64,000 bases of DNA from an uncultured virus (IMG/VR IMGVR_UViG_3300027708_002678). Its lineage: Duplodnaviria; Heunggongvirae; Uroviricota; Caudoviricetes. The translations under genes and the position numbers were made by a program. Below are positions 50,593 to 60,735 of the stretch, one piece after another. Under the pieces are notes generated by a model. The model saw nothing but the letters and a program-made list of their open reading frames with translations, was not told where the DNA came from and did not search any database. Numbering within the stretch: position 1 is the first letter of the stretch; the number at the start of each line of letters is the position of its first letter. The stretch lies in the IMG/VR virus record IMGVR_UViG_3300027708_002678; one strand, given 5' to 3'.

Positions 50593-52359
50593 TCACATAC
50601 CAAATAACCAACCATATTTTTGATAATCTTCACGACTAACTTGTTGGCTACCAAATTGATTAATTCTATCTTGGTAATGTGGAATAACAGGGTCAAAATT
50701 AATATTCTCTTTAATTGCTTCATTATTACTCACAGACCAAGAATCAATCATTGCTTTGGTTTGTTCGGTAACCTTACTTAATTTACTAAAAGAAGATTCT
50801 GCGACGTAAGTTGCCATCGCAATTGACATAATTAAGTCATCGTGATGTCCTTTTTGGTGGTCAGGACGACCATTGATATAAACAAAGGTATTCATCTCGT
50901 TGTATAAACGAGCACTATAAATTCTAAATTTATGTCTCATCACTTCTTCAAATGACGCAATAATTTGAACCCTTTTATTGTTAAAATTTATTCCAGGAAT
51001 TTTATCCATTGCTTTTGGGTCATATTTCCATTTGTTTGATAAATCAAGACCATCAACATATAAATCCCGATAATTCATTTCTTGTAGTTTTCTGGCGGTT
51101 GAAACACCCATTCCACCGGTGATATCAATAACCACAAAACAAGAATATATTGTCGCCCATTTATGACAAATTTCCGCCATTGTATCAGGAGGTAATTTTC
51201 CCACATATTCCGCAACTTGTTCCTGAGTATCAAAATCTATAATTTGAAATGAACTAAAATCTTCAGAATCCCCACGGGAAACATCGACACCCATAATATA
51301 TTTGTGACCAACAACCGGTTCTTTCCAAATCCAAAGAGCGTTACCCATCATTTTACTAATAGGTTCAAGAACCATATTTTCACGAATATTTTGCATCATA
51401 AGAGAATCAAATACATTATCTCCGGAACCTAAGAAGTTACATTCCAACTCCTGAGATACTTTACGTTTATCGTATTTTAATTTCTTTACCATCGCCTCAA
51501 ACCAAGATGAACAGGGTTTGTATCCGTCAGCCATTAGTAATTTAACATCATCAAAGTTTCTTGCATCATATGATTTACTACCCCAATCAATAAAATCATT
51601 AGGGTTATATTCTTCTTTGTTTAATAAATAATGGATTATGTTTTCCGTTTTAACAAAATATAAATCTTTTGTATATCTAGGGTCTCTATACCAAAACATC
51701 TCCGTAATTTTGAAGTCATTCATATTACGTAACGCTTGGTCATATATTTCATAGTAAATTGGGTCATATCCGTTAGGTGTTGAAACCACAATTACTTTAC
51801 CCCCCGTAGATAGGGATGCCATACAGGCAGACCAGAAATCACTATCGGCTTCAATAAACGCAGCCTCGTCAAATACAAGTATGGTAGGTGTAAATCCACG
51901 TAACGCATCCTTAGATGTTGCAACGGCTTTAACCTCACACCCGTTTGTTAATTTATAGTGTCTTTGGGAATTTTTTGATTTATCAAAATCTACACCGGTC
52001 CAAGATGGCCATTGACCAACAAAGGATTTAATTTTGTTTGCCATCTCCAATGAAGTATCCAACTTATTGGCGATAATCAATATTTTCTCGGGAGTTTCTT
52101 TTCTTGCAAATACTAGTTTTTTAGACATCCAAGCCGCGGTAACGGTTGATACCCCGGCCTGTCTGTATTTTAATGCAATGTTTTCGTTGTAGTTTTCGTA
52201 ATCATCTAATAGAGTAATTTGGTCAGGGAAAAGTTCCAATGGAACATATTTTTTCACCGTGTTATCATAAGTTTCTAAATACGTTCTTAATGCGTATTCA
52301 GTATCTCTATTACATTTTACGTACTCTATTAGTACTTGTTCTCTTGTTAAATTCGACAT
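50593..52359 (-). CDS. Terminase large subunit, T4 gp17-like
   Basis: KYRQAGVST (Walker A), LVFDEAAF (Walker B), STPNG, QELEC.F, MGVDVSRG, HDDL. Confidence 0.93.
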   Translation of the reverse strand: MSNLTREQVLIEYVKCNRDTEYALRTYLETYDNTVKKYVPLELFPDQITLLDDYENYNENIALKYRQAGVSTVTAAWMSKKLVFARKETPEKILIIANKLDTSLEMANKIKSFVGQWPSWTGVDFDKSKNSQRHYKLTNGCEVKAVATSKDALRGFTPTILVFDEAAFIEADSDFWSACMASLSTGGKVIVVSTPNGYDPIYYEIYDQALRNMNDFKITEMFWYRDPRYTKDLYFVKTENIIHYLLNKEEYNPNDFIDWGSKSYDARNFDDVKLLMADGYKPCSSWFEAMVKKLKYDKRKVSQELECNFLGSGDNVFDSLMMQNIRENMVLEPISKMMGNALWIWKEPVVGHKYIMGVDVSRGDSEDFSSFQIIDFDTQEQVAEYVGKLPPDTMAEICHKWATIYSCFVVIDITGGMGVSTARKLQEMNYRDLYVDGLDLSNKWKYDPKAMDKIPGINFNNKRVQIIASFEEVMRHKFRIYSARLYNEMNTFVYINGRPDHQKGHHDDLIMSIAMATYVAESSFSKLSKVTEQTKAMIDSWSVSNNEAIKENINFDPVIPHYQDRINQFGSQQVSREDYQKYGWLFGM

Positions 52360-52380
52360 ACATAATGTTGTCGGTAATTT

Positions 52381-53769
52381 TTAGAATCCTAACGAAGATA
52401 AATCAATATCGTCTAAGTCATCTAAGTCATCAAATCCGTAATCTCCATAATTTTCACTATCATCCTCATCATCTTCGTCATCGGACATTTTTGTTTCGTA
52501 TTCGTGTTTTTTAAGGATTTCAACGATTTCGTTAACCATTCTATTTATTACCTCTTTTGCTTCTGGTTTATCGGCTATAATAGCTTTTGCTAATACCATA
52601 AAATCTTTTGCCTCTAATTGAGACAATTTCATAAATAAATATTGTTGAAGGTGTCTTTGGTCGTCTTCATATAATTTGTCAGGCCAAGCCTCTCTAAATT
52701 TTTCCCAAAATATTGGTCCTAATCTTGAATCCCATATTTCTGCCGGTAACGTATCTTCAGCACCAACAACCATACTTCTTTGAACTGGGTCGTTTGGTAA
52801 GCCTTGGTCACCATATAATGAATAAATACCTTTAACTATTTCGTGAACTAATAACGGAAATGTAAATGCCTTTGCTTTAATTGTTGGTGGGTCAGTTTCA
52901 GGGTCAGATTCTGATTGTCCCATTTGACCACCACCTGAACCAGCCATACCTTCCATATCAGGGTATAACCAATATAAGTGTTCCATTAGTGATTGTGTTA
53001 CACCATATAAATTTAATAAGTTTGGACTTAATCTATTTATTTCATCACTAACTAAAGTATACATATGACCACCTTTAAATGCCGCTCCTTGAACTAATGA
53101 ATTAATCAATCTTCTTTTTGCTTTTTCTAAATTGAATTTTTCCATAGAATCCATAAAGTCTTCCATTTCTTCTTGGTGTTCTTCACTTTCTTTGAAAGCT
53201 TCTTCCACATCTTCTTCATCCGGTTGTTCTGGTTGGGTTTGCATTCCTTCAGACGCCCCCATTGGTCCATTAACCAATTCTACATCAAATTGTAATTGTC
53301 CTTCAGGAATACCTAATTCTTTTTTAACTAAATCAACCGCTAAGTTTTCAAGATATTCTTTATTCTGAACTTCAACTCTTTTAATTTGTTGTAAACTATT
53401 CATTACAGAACTCATTAATCCCATCATAGGATTATTCCCCTGAATTGGTGTAGTATCACCTAAAAATCTTCTTACTTTATCAACAGAGTCTTTAAATCTT
53501 TGAGAAGACATCATTTCAACAAAATCTCTATCCCCTTCTTGAGGTAATGCAGGATGTTCTGCGTATGGAGTTCTTTTTTGATTGATTTGATTTTCAATTC
53601 CCGGTTCCATTCTTTCAGGTCCTTCATAACTAACAGGTGCCTCATTTAAACGACGATTAATTTCGTTTAACATAGTTTGTTGGTTATTAGTTAAACCTTC
53701 GTTAACTAATTTTTTATCTAAGTCACTTTTGACTTTCAATATTTTATCCATTTTTAAATTTGCACTCAT
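52381..53769 (-). CDS. Hypothetical protein (head module)
   Basis: 462 aa ORF with an acidic C-terminus. Confidence 0.7.
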   Translation of the reverse strand: MSANLKMDKILKVKSDLDKKLVNEGLTNNQQTMLNEINRRLNEAPVSYEGPERMEPGIENQINQKRTPYAEHPALPQEGDRDFVEMMSSQRFKDSVDKVRRFLGDTTPIQGNNPMMGLMSSVMNSLQQIKRVEVQNKEYLENLAVDLVKKELGIPEGQLQFDVELVNGPMGASEGMQTQPEQPDEEDVEEAFKESEEHQEEMEDFMDSMEKFNLEKAKRRLINSLVQGAAFKGGHMYTLVSDEINRLSPNLLNLYGVTQSLMEHLYWLYPDMEGMAGSGGGQMGQSESDPETDPPTIKAKAFTFPLLVHEIVKGIYSLYGDQGLPNDPVQRSMVVGAEDTLPAEIWDSRLGPIFWEKFREAWPDKLYEDDQRHLQQYLFMKLSQLEAKDFMVLAKAIIADKPEAKEVINRMVNEIVEILKKHEYETKMSDDEDDEDDSENYGDYGFDDLDDLDDIDLSSLGF

Positions 53770-53771
53770 AA

Positions 53772-54770
53772 TTATTTTTGATTAAGACCTAACGAATTAA
53801 ATTTTAAAAAACTTGGTAATTCTCTTTTAATTGCCTTTGGAGCCCCTTGTTTACTTGGGTCCGGAGCAAAAGGATGTTTTGGAGTTGTATTTGGTCTAAC
53901 CTTTGGTTTTGCCGGAGCAACTTCAGTATTTTCACCCATTTCTTTTTTCATAGCCTTTGGTGCACCTTTTTTTTCCGGGTCCGGTTGGAACGGGTGTTTT
54001 GGTTTTGTTCCTGGACTAACCTTTGGTTTTGCCGGAGCTGTTTTTGTGTCACCTTCTAAAAGATTTTGAAAATCTTTTTTAGACATTTTTGGTGTGATGT
54101 GTTTTTCTACAAGTCTCATAATTTCTTTCTCAATTTTACTTTCTCCCATAGTAAGACCTGGTTTCATTTGAGTCAGTTTAGCTTTACCAAGTTTAGTTAA
54201 AGCTCCCCCAACCATATCCATATAACTTTCTTTTGTCTCTTTTTTCTTTTCAGGAAGTTTGGCAAAGTTAGTCTTTTCTGCGAACTCATCAGCCATTTTA
54301 CACCATTTTTTTTGTTCTTTTGTTTTTCCGTCACCACATTTAGCAAAGAAATATTTTTGTTGTTTTTTTGACTCAAATTTTTCGTCAATTTCTTTTTCCT
54401 CCATCATACCTGAACCGTCTTGATAATTTTCAAACCCATCATCAGTGCTTGGACCTTTTTGAATTGGGTCTTGAGTAGTTCCCCCTTTAGATTCATCATC
54501 TTTATCAAGTTCAATATCAGTTTGTTCATTAGGCATAGCCATAAAAGTCCCATCAGGATTTTTCTTTACATTATATCCTTTAGGTGTTGCAGGTAAATTA
54601 CCACCTTTTTCTCCGACTTTATACGCTGTTTTAGCCGGTTCTGTTACGGGAGTGATTTGTTCTTGTAATTTACTAAATAATAAATCAACCTGACTATCAG
54701 TCATTTTATTTAGAGTTGAGGCTTTGATACCTTCTTTCACTAGTTTCAATTTTTTTTGATTAGTGTTCAT
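53772..54770 (-). CDS. Hypothetical Lys/Glu-rich protein with a duplicated Pro/Lys motif
   Basis: Likely start MNTNQKK at 54770; APAKPKV.P...PKHPF.PDP.K.GAPKA occurs twice. Confidence 0.65.
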   Translation of the reverse strand: MNTNQKKLKLVKEGIKASTLNKMTDSQVDLLFSKLQEQITPVTEPAKTAYKVGEKGGNLPATPKGYNVKKNPDGTFMAMPNEQTDIELDKDDESKGGTTQDPIQKGPSTDDGFENYQDGSGMMEEKEIDEKFESKKQQKYFFAKCGDGKTKEQKKWCKMADEFAEKTNFAKLPEKKKETKESYMDMVGGALTKLGKAKLTQMKPGLTMGESKIEKEIMRLVEKHITPKMSKKDFQNLLEGDTKTAPAKPKVSPGTKPKHPFQPDPEKKGAPKAMKKEMGENTEVAPAKPKVRPNTTPKHPFAPDPSKQGAPKAIKRELPSFLKFNSLGLNQK

Positions 54771-55170
54771 ATTCAATTGTTTTTTCAAATTCCAATACGA
54801 TATCTCTTTCGTATAATTTATCTTTGACTGATTGTTCTGTTTCACCAAACTTGAAAACCAATCTTTTTTGACGAGTGAAATCAACATCTTCACTTTCGTT
54901 TTCCCAACATAATGCGATTATATCATCCATTGAATCTATCATCGAAAAATAGTCAGAGTTTTGAATTACTGACATTGTGATTTGGTCATTCTTCAAAACT
55001 CCTACTTTTTTAATATGTTCTATGTCCGGTGGAAGTGGATAACCATTTGATGGTTTTGACTCCCAAGCTTCACCCCAAACATCTTCAGAACTATCCGAGA
55101 AAATAAATTCATATATGTTATCACCCTTATAGTTAGGACCTAATTCATTAACATATATTAAATAACTCAT
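54760..55170 (-). CDS. Hypothetical protein
   Basis: 136 aa coupled ORF. Confidence 0.7.
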   Translation of the reverse strand: MSYLIYVNELGPNYKGDNIYEFIFSDSSEDVWGEAWESKPSNGYPLPPDIEHIKKVGVLKNDQITMSVIQNSDYFSMIDSMDDIIALCWENESEDVDFTRQKRLVFKFGETEQSVKDKLYERDIVLEFEKTIEYEH

Positions 55171-56531
55171 TAGATTATCTGACCTTTTGTATTAACTCTT
55201 AATTGTTCGTCATTCATTTCAAATACCAAGTTTTGTTTGTTTGTTTTCCCAACCAATTTAGCGTTTGGATATTTTTCCATTAATTTTCTTGCACCAACTT
55301 CTTGAGAAATACTTTCAGATAATTGTTTGATTTTATTAATTTTAGCTTTTTTACTTTCAGTAACTAATTTAGCTTGTCTTTTTTTAGATTCTAATAATTT
55401 TTTTTCTTTATTATCTATTTTAAAGTAACCTTCGATAATTTTATCAACCTTAGATTCTGAAAAAATTCCTTCAATCATATCTTCAATATGACCTGCGTGA
55501 TGAGGTTCAATATGTGGATGGTGTAAACTTCTATGTTTTGGGTGTCTTGGTTTAGAATCACCATTATCCCATTTTGTTTTATATGATGGCATATCATCAG
55601 GAATACCTAAACCGTCGTATTCATCTTCATCAAAATCGTCAAAATCACCAAATCCTTGAGGCATTTCACCTTCAGGTTCCATACCTAATTCATCGTCACT
55701 AATACCTTCTTCTCCGGTTGGTTCTTCACCACCTTCTTCATCAGGGTTAAAATCACCCATACCTTCTTCTTCAGCCCCTTCAATTTTGTCAACAATCTCT
55801 TCTTTATCATCTTCGTCCATAGATTCTAAATCTAACGCCGATAAAATTGAGTTGATAACGTATTTTGAATCTTTAGAAGTCATTTCATCTTTACCTTCTT
55901 CAGTTTCTTGGAACGCTCTTAATTTTTGAGCTAACTTACCTGTTAATTTTTGAATAGATTTTAAAGTAACTTCTTCATTATCATCATCTTCAACATCTAC
56001 ATCTACATCAACATCTTCAGGAGCCGGAGCCGGTTCTTGTTCAGGTGCTGGTGCAGGTGCCGGAGATGGTGCAGGTGCCGGAGCAGGTGCAGGTGCCGGA
56101 GCTGGCGCCGCTTGTTCTGATGTTTCACCACCATTCATTTTTAAAATATACTTAGTAGCCTCTTGAGGACTTTCGTAAAATAAATTAACATTCTTTTCGT
56201 TACCTTCATTAACATTAACTTCTTTAGCAACTAAATTAAGTCTTTTTAATGCTTGAGAATATGATGAATAGTATTTTCTATTTTTCATAGGCTCCATATA
56301 ATCAAACTCATTAGTTGATTCAGTTAAACTACACTTAAGTACATATCCACTTTTTTCTTTATCAATTTTATAAGTTTTACCATTAGCTAAAACTTTAGTA
56401 TATTCAGTAGATTTATCCTCATTAATTGGCGTAGGTATATTTTCTTTGTATCTAGCGATTTCCATAATACGTTGGATTTTATCCATTCCTTGTAGTTTTT
56501 CGCTACCAACCGGTCTTAAATTGTTTCCCAT
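55170..56531 (-). CDS. Hypothetical acidic protein with an (AP)n linker, possible internal head protein
   Basis: 453 aa ORF; APAPAPAP tract and D/E-rich segments. Confidence 0.65.
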   Translation of the reverse strand: MGNNLRPVGSEKLQGMDKIQRIMEIARYKENIPTPINEDKSTEYTKVLANGKTYKIDKEKSGYVLKCSLTESTNEFDYMEPMKNRKYYSSYSQALKRLNLVAKEVNVNEGNEKNVNLFYESPQEATKYILKMNGGETSEQAAPAPAPAPAPAPAPSPAPAPAPEQEPAPAPEDVDVDVDVEDDDNEEVTLKSIQKLTGKLAQKLRAFQETEEGKDEMTSKDSKYVINSILSALDLESMDEDDKEEIVDKIEGAEEEGMGDFNPDEEGGEEPTGEEGISDDELGMEPEGEMPQGFGDFDDFDEDEYDGLGIPDDMPSYKTKWDNGDSKPRHPKHRSLHHPHIEPHHAGHIEDMIEGIFSESKVDKIIEGYFKIDNKEKKLLESKKRQAKLVTESKKAKINKIKQLSESISQEVGARKLMEKYPNAKLVGKTNKQNLVFEMNDEQLRVNTKGQII

Positions 56532-56615
56532 TTTATATGTTTTTGTTTGGAATTATTTTATATATAAATATGTTCAGAATTAAAAATGTTATAATTCTGA
56601 ATGGTTTATTGTTAA

Positions 56616-57353
56616 TTATATTGATTTTTCCTTTAAAGAAAGTTTTTTATCTTGATACTCATTTTGAAAATCAAATAGTTTTTGAATATAACCATTTCTT
56701 CTCAAAACTTTAAATACCAAATTTTCATCAGACATTTCCCCACCATCTTCAAGACCAGCAGTTCTATATTTTTTTAATTTATCTTTAACTTTATTAATAC
56801 TATCCATACCGGATTCTATTGATTTGTCATCTGAATCCTCAATTACCTCATCAATAATTTTCATCCAATGTTTAGATTTATTTTGAATAAGTTCCGTATC
56901 AATTTCAACGTCTTCTTTTTTAGGTTTGGTTTTCCACTCATCAAATAAAACAGAATACTCACCACTACTAAAATGTGCCTCAACATCATTTTGAACATAA
57001 AGTTCCACATCATAACCATAGATTTTGATATTGTGTTTGTCGTTAAATAAAGCTTTTTTTAATTTGAAAAGTTCTTCATATAATGGAAGTTCTTTTTCTG
57101 AGAATTGGTCAAAGTCCGCAATTAAGTGTAAATCAACATCGGAATATTGTGACCAATTGTAATTGGCTAACGAACCTGTCATAACAACATCTGATATTAC
57201 AACATCAACACCTAAAAATTCAATGAACTCGTATGCGATTTGTAATAGACGTTCTCTAACCTTAGAAGACATTTTATCAGACGATTCCCAAATCTTTGGA
57301 TTTAGTTCGTCCTGTAAATGAAAACTAGATAATATACTTTTTAGATTACTCAT
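56616..57353 (-). CDS. Pol-beta-superfamily nucleotidyltransferase
   Basis: TGSLANYNWSQYSDVDLH (GS...DxD) plus a downstream VELY. Confidence 0.75.
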   Translation of the reverse strand: MSNLKSILSSFHLQDELNPKIWESSDKMSSKVRERLLQIAYEFIEFLGVDVVISDVVMTGSLANYNWSQYSDVDLHLIADFDQFSEKELPLYEELFKLKKALFNDKHNIKIYGYDVELYVQNDVEAHFSSGEYSVLFDEWKTKPKKEDVEIDTELIQNKSKHWMKIIDEVIEDSDDKSIESGMDSINKVKDKLKKYRTAGLEDGGEMSDENLVFKVLRRNGYIQKLFDFQNEYQDKKLSLKEKSI

Positions 57354-57383
57354 TAACTATAAATACTTAAATATCTATAATTG

Positions 57384-57626
57384 TTAGATTTTTTTGTGTT
57401 TGTAAGTTTTAACTATTTTTGACGAAAAGAATTTCCCTTGAGATTCCGCCATTCTGAATTGAGTATATACTTGGTGTGGAACTTCATCATATTCATATAA
57501 TGAACCATTATTGAATTCTACGACTAACTTTTTAGTTTCGGTGTCGTATTCTGTTTTCTTAACATTTGACGATTGGATTTCATTAATAATCTTCGTCCCT
57601 TGAATTGTTTCTTTTAATATTGCCAT
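57384..57626 (-). CDS. KTSC-domain protein
   Basis: SSNV....YD.....L.VEF.NG..YEY..VP..VY..F..AES.GKFF. Confidence 0.85.
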   Translation of the reverse strand: MAILKETIQGTKIINEIQSSNVKKTEYDTETKKLVVEFNNGSLYEYDEVPHQVYTQFRMAESQGKFFSSKIVKTYKHKKI

Positions 57627-57924
57627 CTTTTAAAGGTATTTCTAAATCTATTTGTTTTAATTTACTCATAATATAATTAGTAAGCTCTTCATTGTCAATA
57701 TTCCCAAAATAAGATATTAATTCACTTTTTAAATCATTAATTAAATTTCCCAGTTTATGGTATCCATTCATAATATCCTGTGGATAATATGGTGGTTTCT
57801 TCAAATCTTCTTCACCCCAACCCTCTCTATTAAATGCGTGACGAAGTTTTCTATAAAGATTAGCCAATTCAGATTCCGGATGAATCGTGTCCATATATTT
57901 TTTCCAAGCAGCTTTCTTTTCCAT
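57583..57924 (-). CDS. Hypothetical protein
   Basis: 113 aa ORF; TATTTAT 4 nt upstream. Confidence 0.6.
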   Translation of the reverse strand: MEKKAAWKKYMDTIHPESELANLYRKLRHAFNREGWGEEDLKKPPYYPQDIMNGYHKLGNLINDLKSELISYFGNIDNEELTNYIMSKLKQIDLEIPLKDGNIKRNNSRDEDY

Positions 57925-57949
57925 ATTTATAAATATAATTTAAATTTGT

Positions 57950-57980
57950 TTTGTCCATCCAAATATTTGTATTACTTTTG
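57950..57980 (+). promoter_or_regulatory. Bacteroidota-type housekeeping promoter upstream of clp
   Basis: TTTG (57950-57953)-N19-TACTTTTG (57973-57980) matches the -33/-7 consensus TTTG-N19-21-TAnnTTTG. Confidence 0.6.
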
Positions 57981-58035
57981 TCGAACCATTTGAAATAATG
58001 GAATTAACCCTTATACTTAAATAAAACAATTAATT

Positions 58036-60081
58036 ATGATAGAATCTATGGATGGTGGAAGTAATAGTGGAAATAAAGCAGTTAAGACTGACTCATCAAC
58101 ACCCGTATTAGACAATTTTAGTAGAGATTTAATTAAACTTGCCGAAGAGGGTAAACTTGACCCTGTAATTGGTAGAGAAAGAGAAATCACACGAATCGCC
58201 CAAATCCTTTCACGTAGAAAAAAAAATAACCCAATTATCATTGGAGAACCTGGTTGTGGTAAAACCGCAATCGTTGAAGGTCTTGCCATTATGATTTATA
58301 ATGGGGAATGTCCAAGAAACTTAATGGACAAACGTATCGTATCATTAGATATGACATCAATTGTTGCCGGAACCAAATATCGTGGACAATTCGAAGAAAG
58401 AATGAAAGTTATTATTGAAGAACTTCAGAACGCACCGAACATCATTGTATTCATTGATGAAATCCACACAATCGTAGGTGCAGGAAATTCGTCAGGTTCA
58501 ATGGACGCATCAAACATCTTTAAACCGGCACTTGCCCGTGGCGAGATTCAATGTGTTGGAGCAACAACCTTAGATGAATACCGAAAAAACTTTGAGAAAG
58601 ATGGAGCGTTAGAGAGACGTTTCCAAAAAGTTGTGGTGGATTCGGCGACCAAAGAAGAAACTTTGGAAATCCTTAAAAACGTAAAAGATAAATACGAGAA
58701 CTTCCATAAGGTAACTTATACGGATGAAGTATTGTCAGTATGTGTTGATTTAGCGGACCGTTACATCACCGATAGAGAATTTCCGGATAAAGGGTTTGAC
58801 ATCATTGATGAGGTTGGAGCAAGAAGTCAAGTTGAAATTAAAATGCCAGAATCAATTGAGAAGTTAAAACAACAAGCCGCAGACATCAAACAAGAAAAAG
58901 TGGATGTTGTAAAACAACAACGATATGAGGAGGCAGCAAATCTTCGTGATAAAGAAAAACGCATCTTAACCAAACTTGAAGTTGAAAAGAAAAAGTTTGA
59001 GGAAGAACTTCTTTCACACAAAAAAGAAATCAGTTTGGATTTAGTTTATGAGGTGGTTTCCAATATGACCAAAATTCCGGTAACCAAATTAAACGCAGAC
59101 GAAACCAAATTATTATCTGATATGGAGACAAACCTATCCGATAAAGTTATTGGACAATCTGAAGCCGTTTCAAAAATTGCAAAATCAATTCGTAGAAACA
59201 GAATCGGAATCAAGGACCCAAACAAACCAATCGGTTCATTCATCTTCTTAGGGTCAACAGGTGTTGGTAAAACATACTTGGCAAAACAACTAGCGAAACA
59301 AATGTTCGGTAGCGAAGATAATATGATTCGTGTGGATATGTCCGAGTATCAAGAAAAACACACCATTTCAAGATTAATTGGAGCACCTCCGGGATACGTT
59401 GGATACGATGAAGGTGGACAATTAACCGAACAAGTGAAAAACAAACCTTATTCTGTAATTCTATTTGATGAGATTGAGAAAGCCAATAAAGATATTTTTG
59501 GAACTCTTCTTCAAGTATTAGACGATGGTCACCTTACCGATGGTATGGGGAGAAAGATTAACTTCAAAAATTGTGTCATCATTATGACATCAAACGTGGG
59601 TGTTAAAAAATTACAGGATTTTGGTTCAGGTGTTGGTTTCAAAACTGGTAATAGTTCTTACGCTGAAGAAGAGTACAAACGTGAGGTTCTTAAAAAAGAA
59701 CTTAAAAAATTCTTTACACCTGAATTCTTAAACAGAATTGATGAGGTCGTTATCTTCAACTCTTTGGTTAAAGAAGATGTTAAGAAAATTGTGACTTTGG
59801 AGTTGGATAAATTATCTAAAAGATTGGTTGGATTAAAATATAACATCACATTTGATGAAACTATTTTAGAATTAATTTCTGAAGTTGGATTTGACGAAAC
59901 CTATGGGGCTCGACCAATCAAAAGAGCAATCCAAGATAAGATTGAGGATTTTGTATCCGAAGAGATTATCAAAGGAAATATGGTGGAGGGTGTTCCATAC
60001 ACCCTTATAACCGTAGATAAAGAAGTGGTGGTTAAATCAGAACCTGTTAAAAAAACAAGAAAGAAAAAAGAGGATAATTAG
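58036..60081 (+). CDS. clpC: Clp/Hsp100 AAA+ ATPase (ClpC-like) lacking the N-terminal Clp_N domain
   Basis: [17 protein letters not shown]-like [36 protein letters not shown]-containing ClpP-docking-like loop SGVGF, YGARP. Confidence 0.85.
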   Translation: MIESMDGGSNSGNKAVKTDSSTPVLDNFSRDLIKLAEEGKLDPVIGREREITRIAQILSRRKKNNPIIIGEPGCGKTAIVEGLAIMIYNGECPRNLMDKRIVSLDMTSIVAGTKYRGQFEERMKVIIEELQNAPNIIVFIDEIHTIVGAGNSSGSMDASNIFKPALARGEIQCVGATTLDEYRKNFEKDGALERRFQKVVVDSATKEETLEILKNVKDKYENFHKVTYTDEVLSVCVDLADRYITDREFPDKGFDIIDEVGARSQVEIKMPESIEKLKQQAADIKQEKVDVVKQQRYEEAANLRDKEKRILTKLEVEKKKFEEELLSHKKEISLDLVYEVVSNMTKIPVTKLNADETKLLSDMETNLSDKVIGQSEAVSKIAKSIRRNRIGIKDPNKPIGSFIFLGSTGVGKTYLAKQLAKQMFGSEDNMIRVDMSEYQEKHTISRLIGAPPGYVGYDEGGQLTEQVKNKPYSVILFDEIEKANKDIFGTLLQVLDDGHLTDGMGRKINFKNCVIIMTSNVGVKKLQDFGSGVGFKTGNSSYAEEEYKREVLKKELKKFFTPEFLNRIDEVVIFNSLVKEDVKKIVTLELDKLSKRLVGLKYNITFDETILELISEVGFDETYGARPIKRAIQDKIEDFVSEEIIKGNMVEGVPYTLITVDKEVVVKSEPVKKTRKKKEDN

Positions 60082-60136
60082 TCCTCTTTTTTTTGTTCTA
60101 AAAATATAAGAAAAAAAAAGAGACCGAAGTCTCTTA
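60064..60136. terminator. Back-to-back terminators between convergent genes
   Basis: AAAGAGGAT-aatta-GTCCTCTTTT on +, and AAGAGAC-TTCG-GTCTCTTTTTTTT on minus. Confidence 0.75.
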
Positions 60137-60712
60137 ATATTTTATTTTTTTTCTACAATCATTACAAATCCACAATAATTCATTTTTTACTTGGGAACCT
60201 TTTCCTTTAGCATCATTCATTAAACATTTAATATTTGTTTCACAATGAGGTATTCCTAAAGTATGTCCAATTTCGTGAACCACAACTTTAACCATTTCAT
60301 CAGAATGATTTTTACCTAATCTTTTAACTGATACAACACAAGGTTTACCACTCATAAGACCTAAACCAAAAATACCCCAATTATGATATAATTTACCGTT
60401 TAGTTCTCTATCGGTAGAAATATCAACATCTGTTAAACCTAATACTTTACCATCACAATTTGAATACTTTGACTCTAAATAATTAAGTATTTGGTCTGCG
60501 TTATATTTTTTTAGACCATTAACTTTTGTTGATTTAGGAACCTTAATACGGTTTAATACTACAACATTAAAAGAATAAAATTTGTTTAATTCTTTTGAGC
60601 TCAATTCAACATCATCATTTGAGATGTTTCCCATAGGGACCAAATATATTGTTGGTTTACGTGTGGTAAATCCAAACAATAAAAATACGGATATTAATAA
60701 TATTTTTTTCAT
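60134..60712 (-). CDS. Archaemetzincin-like zinc metalloprotease (M54) with an N-terminal signal peptide
   Basis: HEIGHTLGIPHC....CLM...C..C; hydrophobic N-terminus MKKILLISVFLLFG; TATCTTTG at 60717-60724 (minus). Confidence 0.8.
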   Translation of the reverse strand: MKKILLISVFLLFGFTTRKPTIYLVPMGNISNDDVELSSKELNKFYSFNVVVLNRIKVPKSTKVNGLKKYNADQILNYLESKYSNCDGKVLGLTDVDISTDRELNGKLYHNWGIFGLGLMSGKPCVVSVKRLGKNHSDEMVKVVVHEIGHTLGIPHCETNIKCLMNDAKGKGSQVKNELLWICNDCRKKIKY

Positions 60713-60735
60713 ATCACAAAGATACGAAAAAAAAA

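Noticed and set aside
46918..52359. Introns or inteins in portal or terminase
   Set aside because: Both ORFs are continuous, with ordered motifs and no intein-like C/S...HN boundaries recognised.
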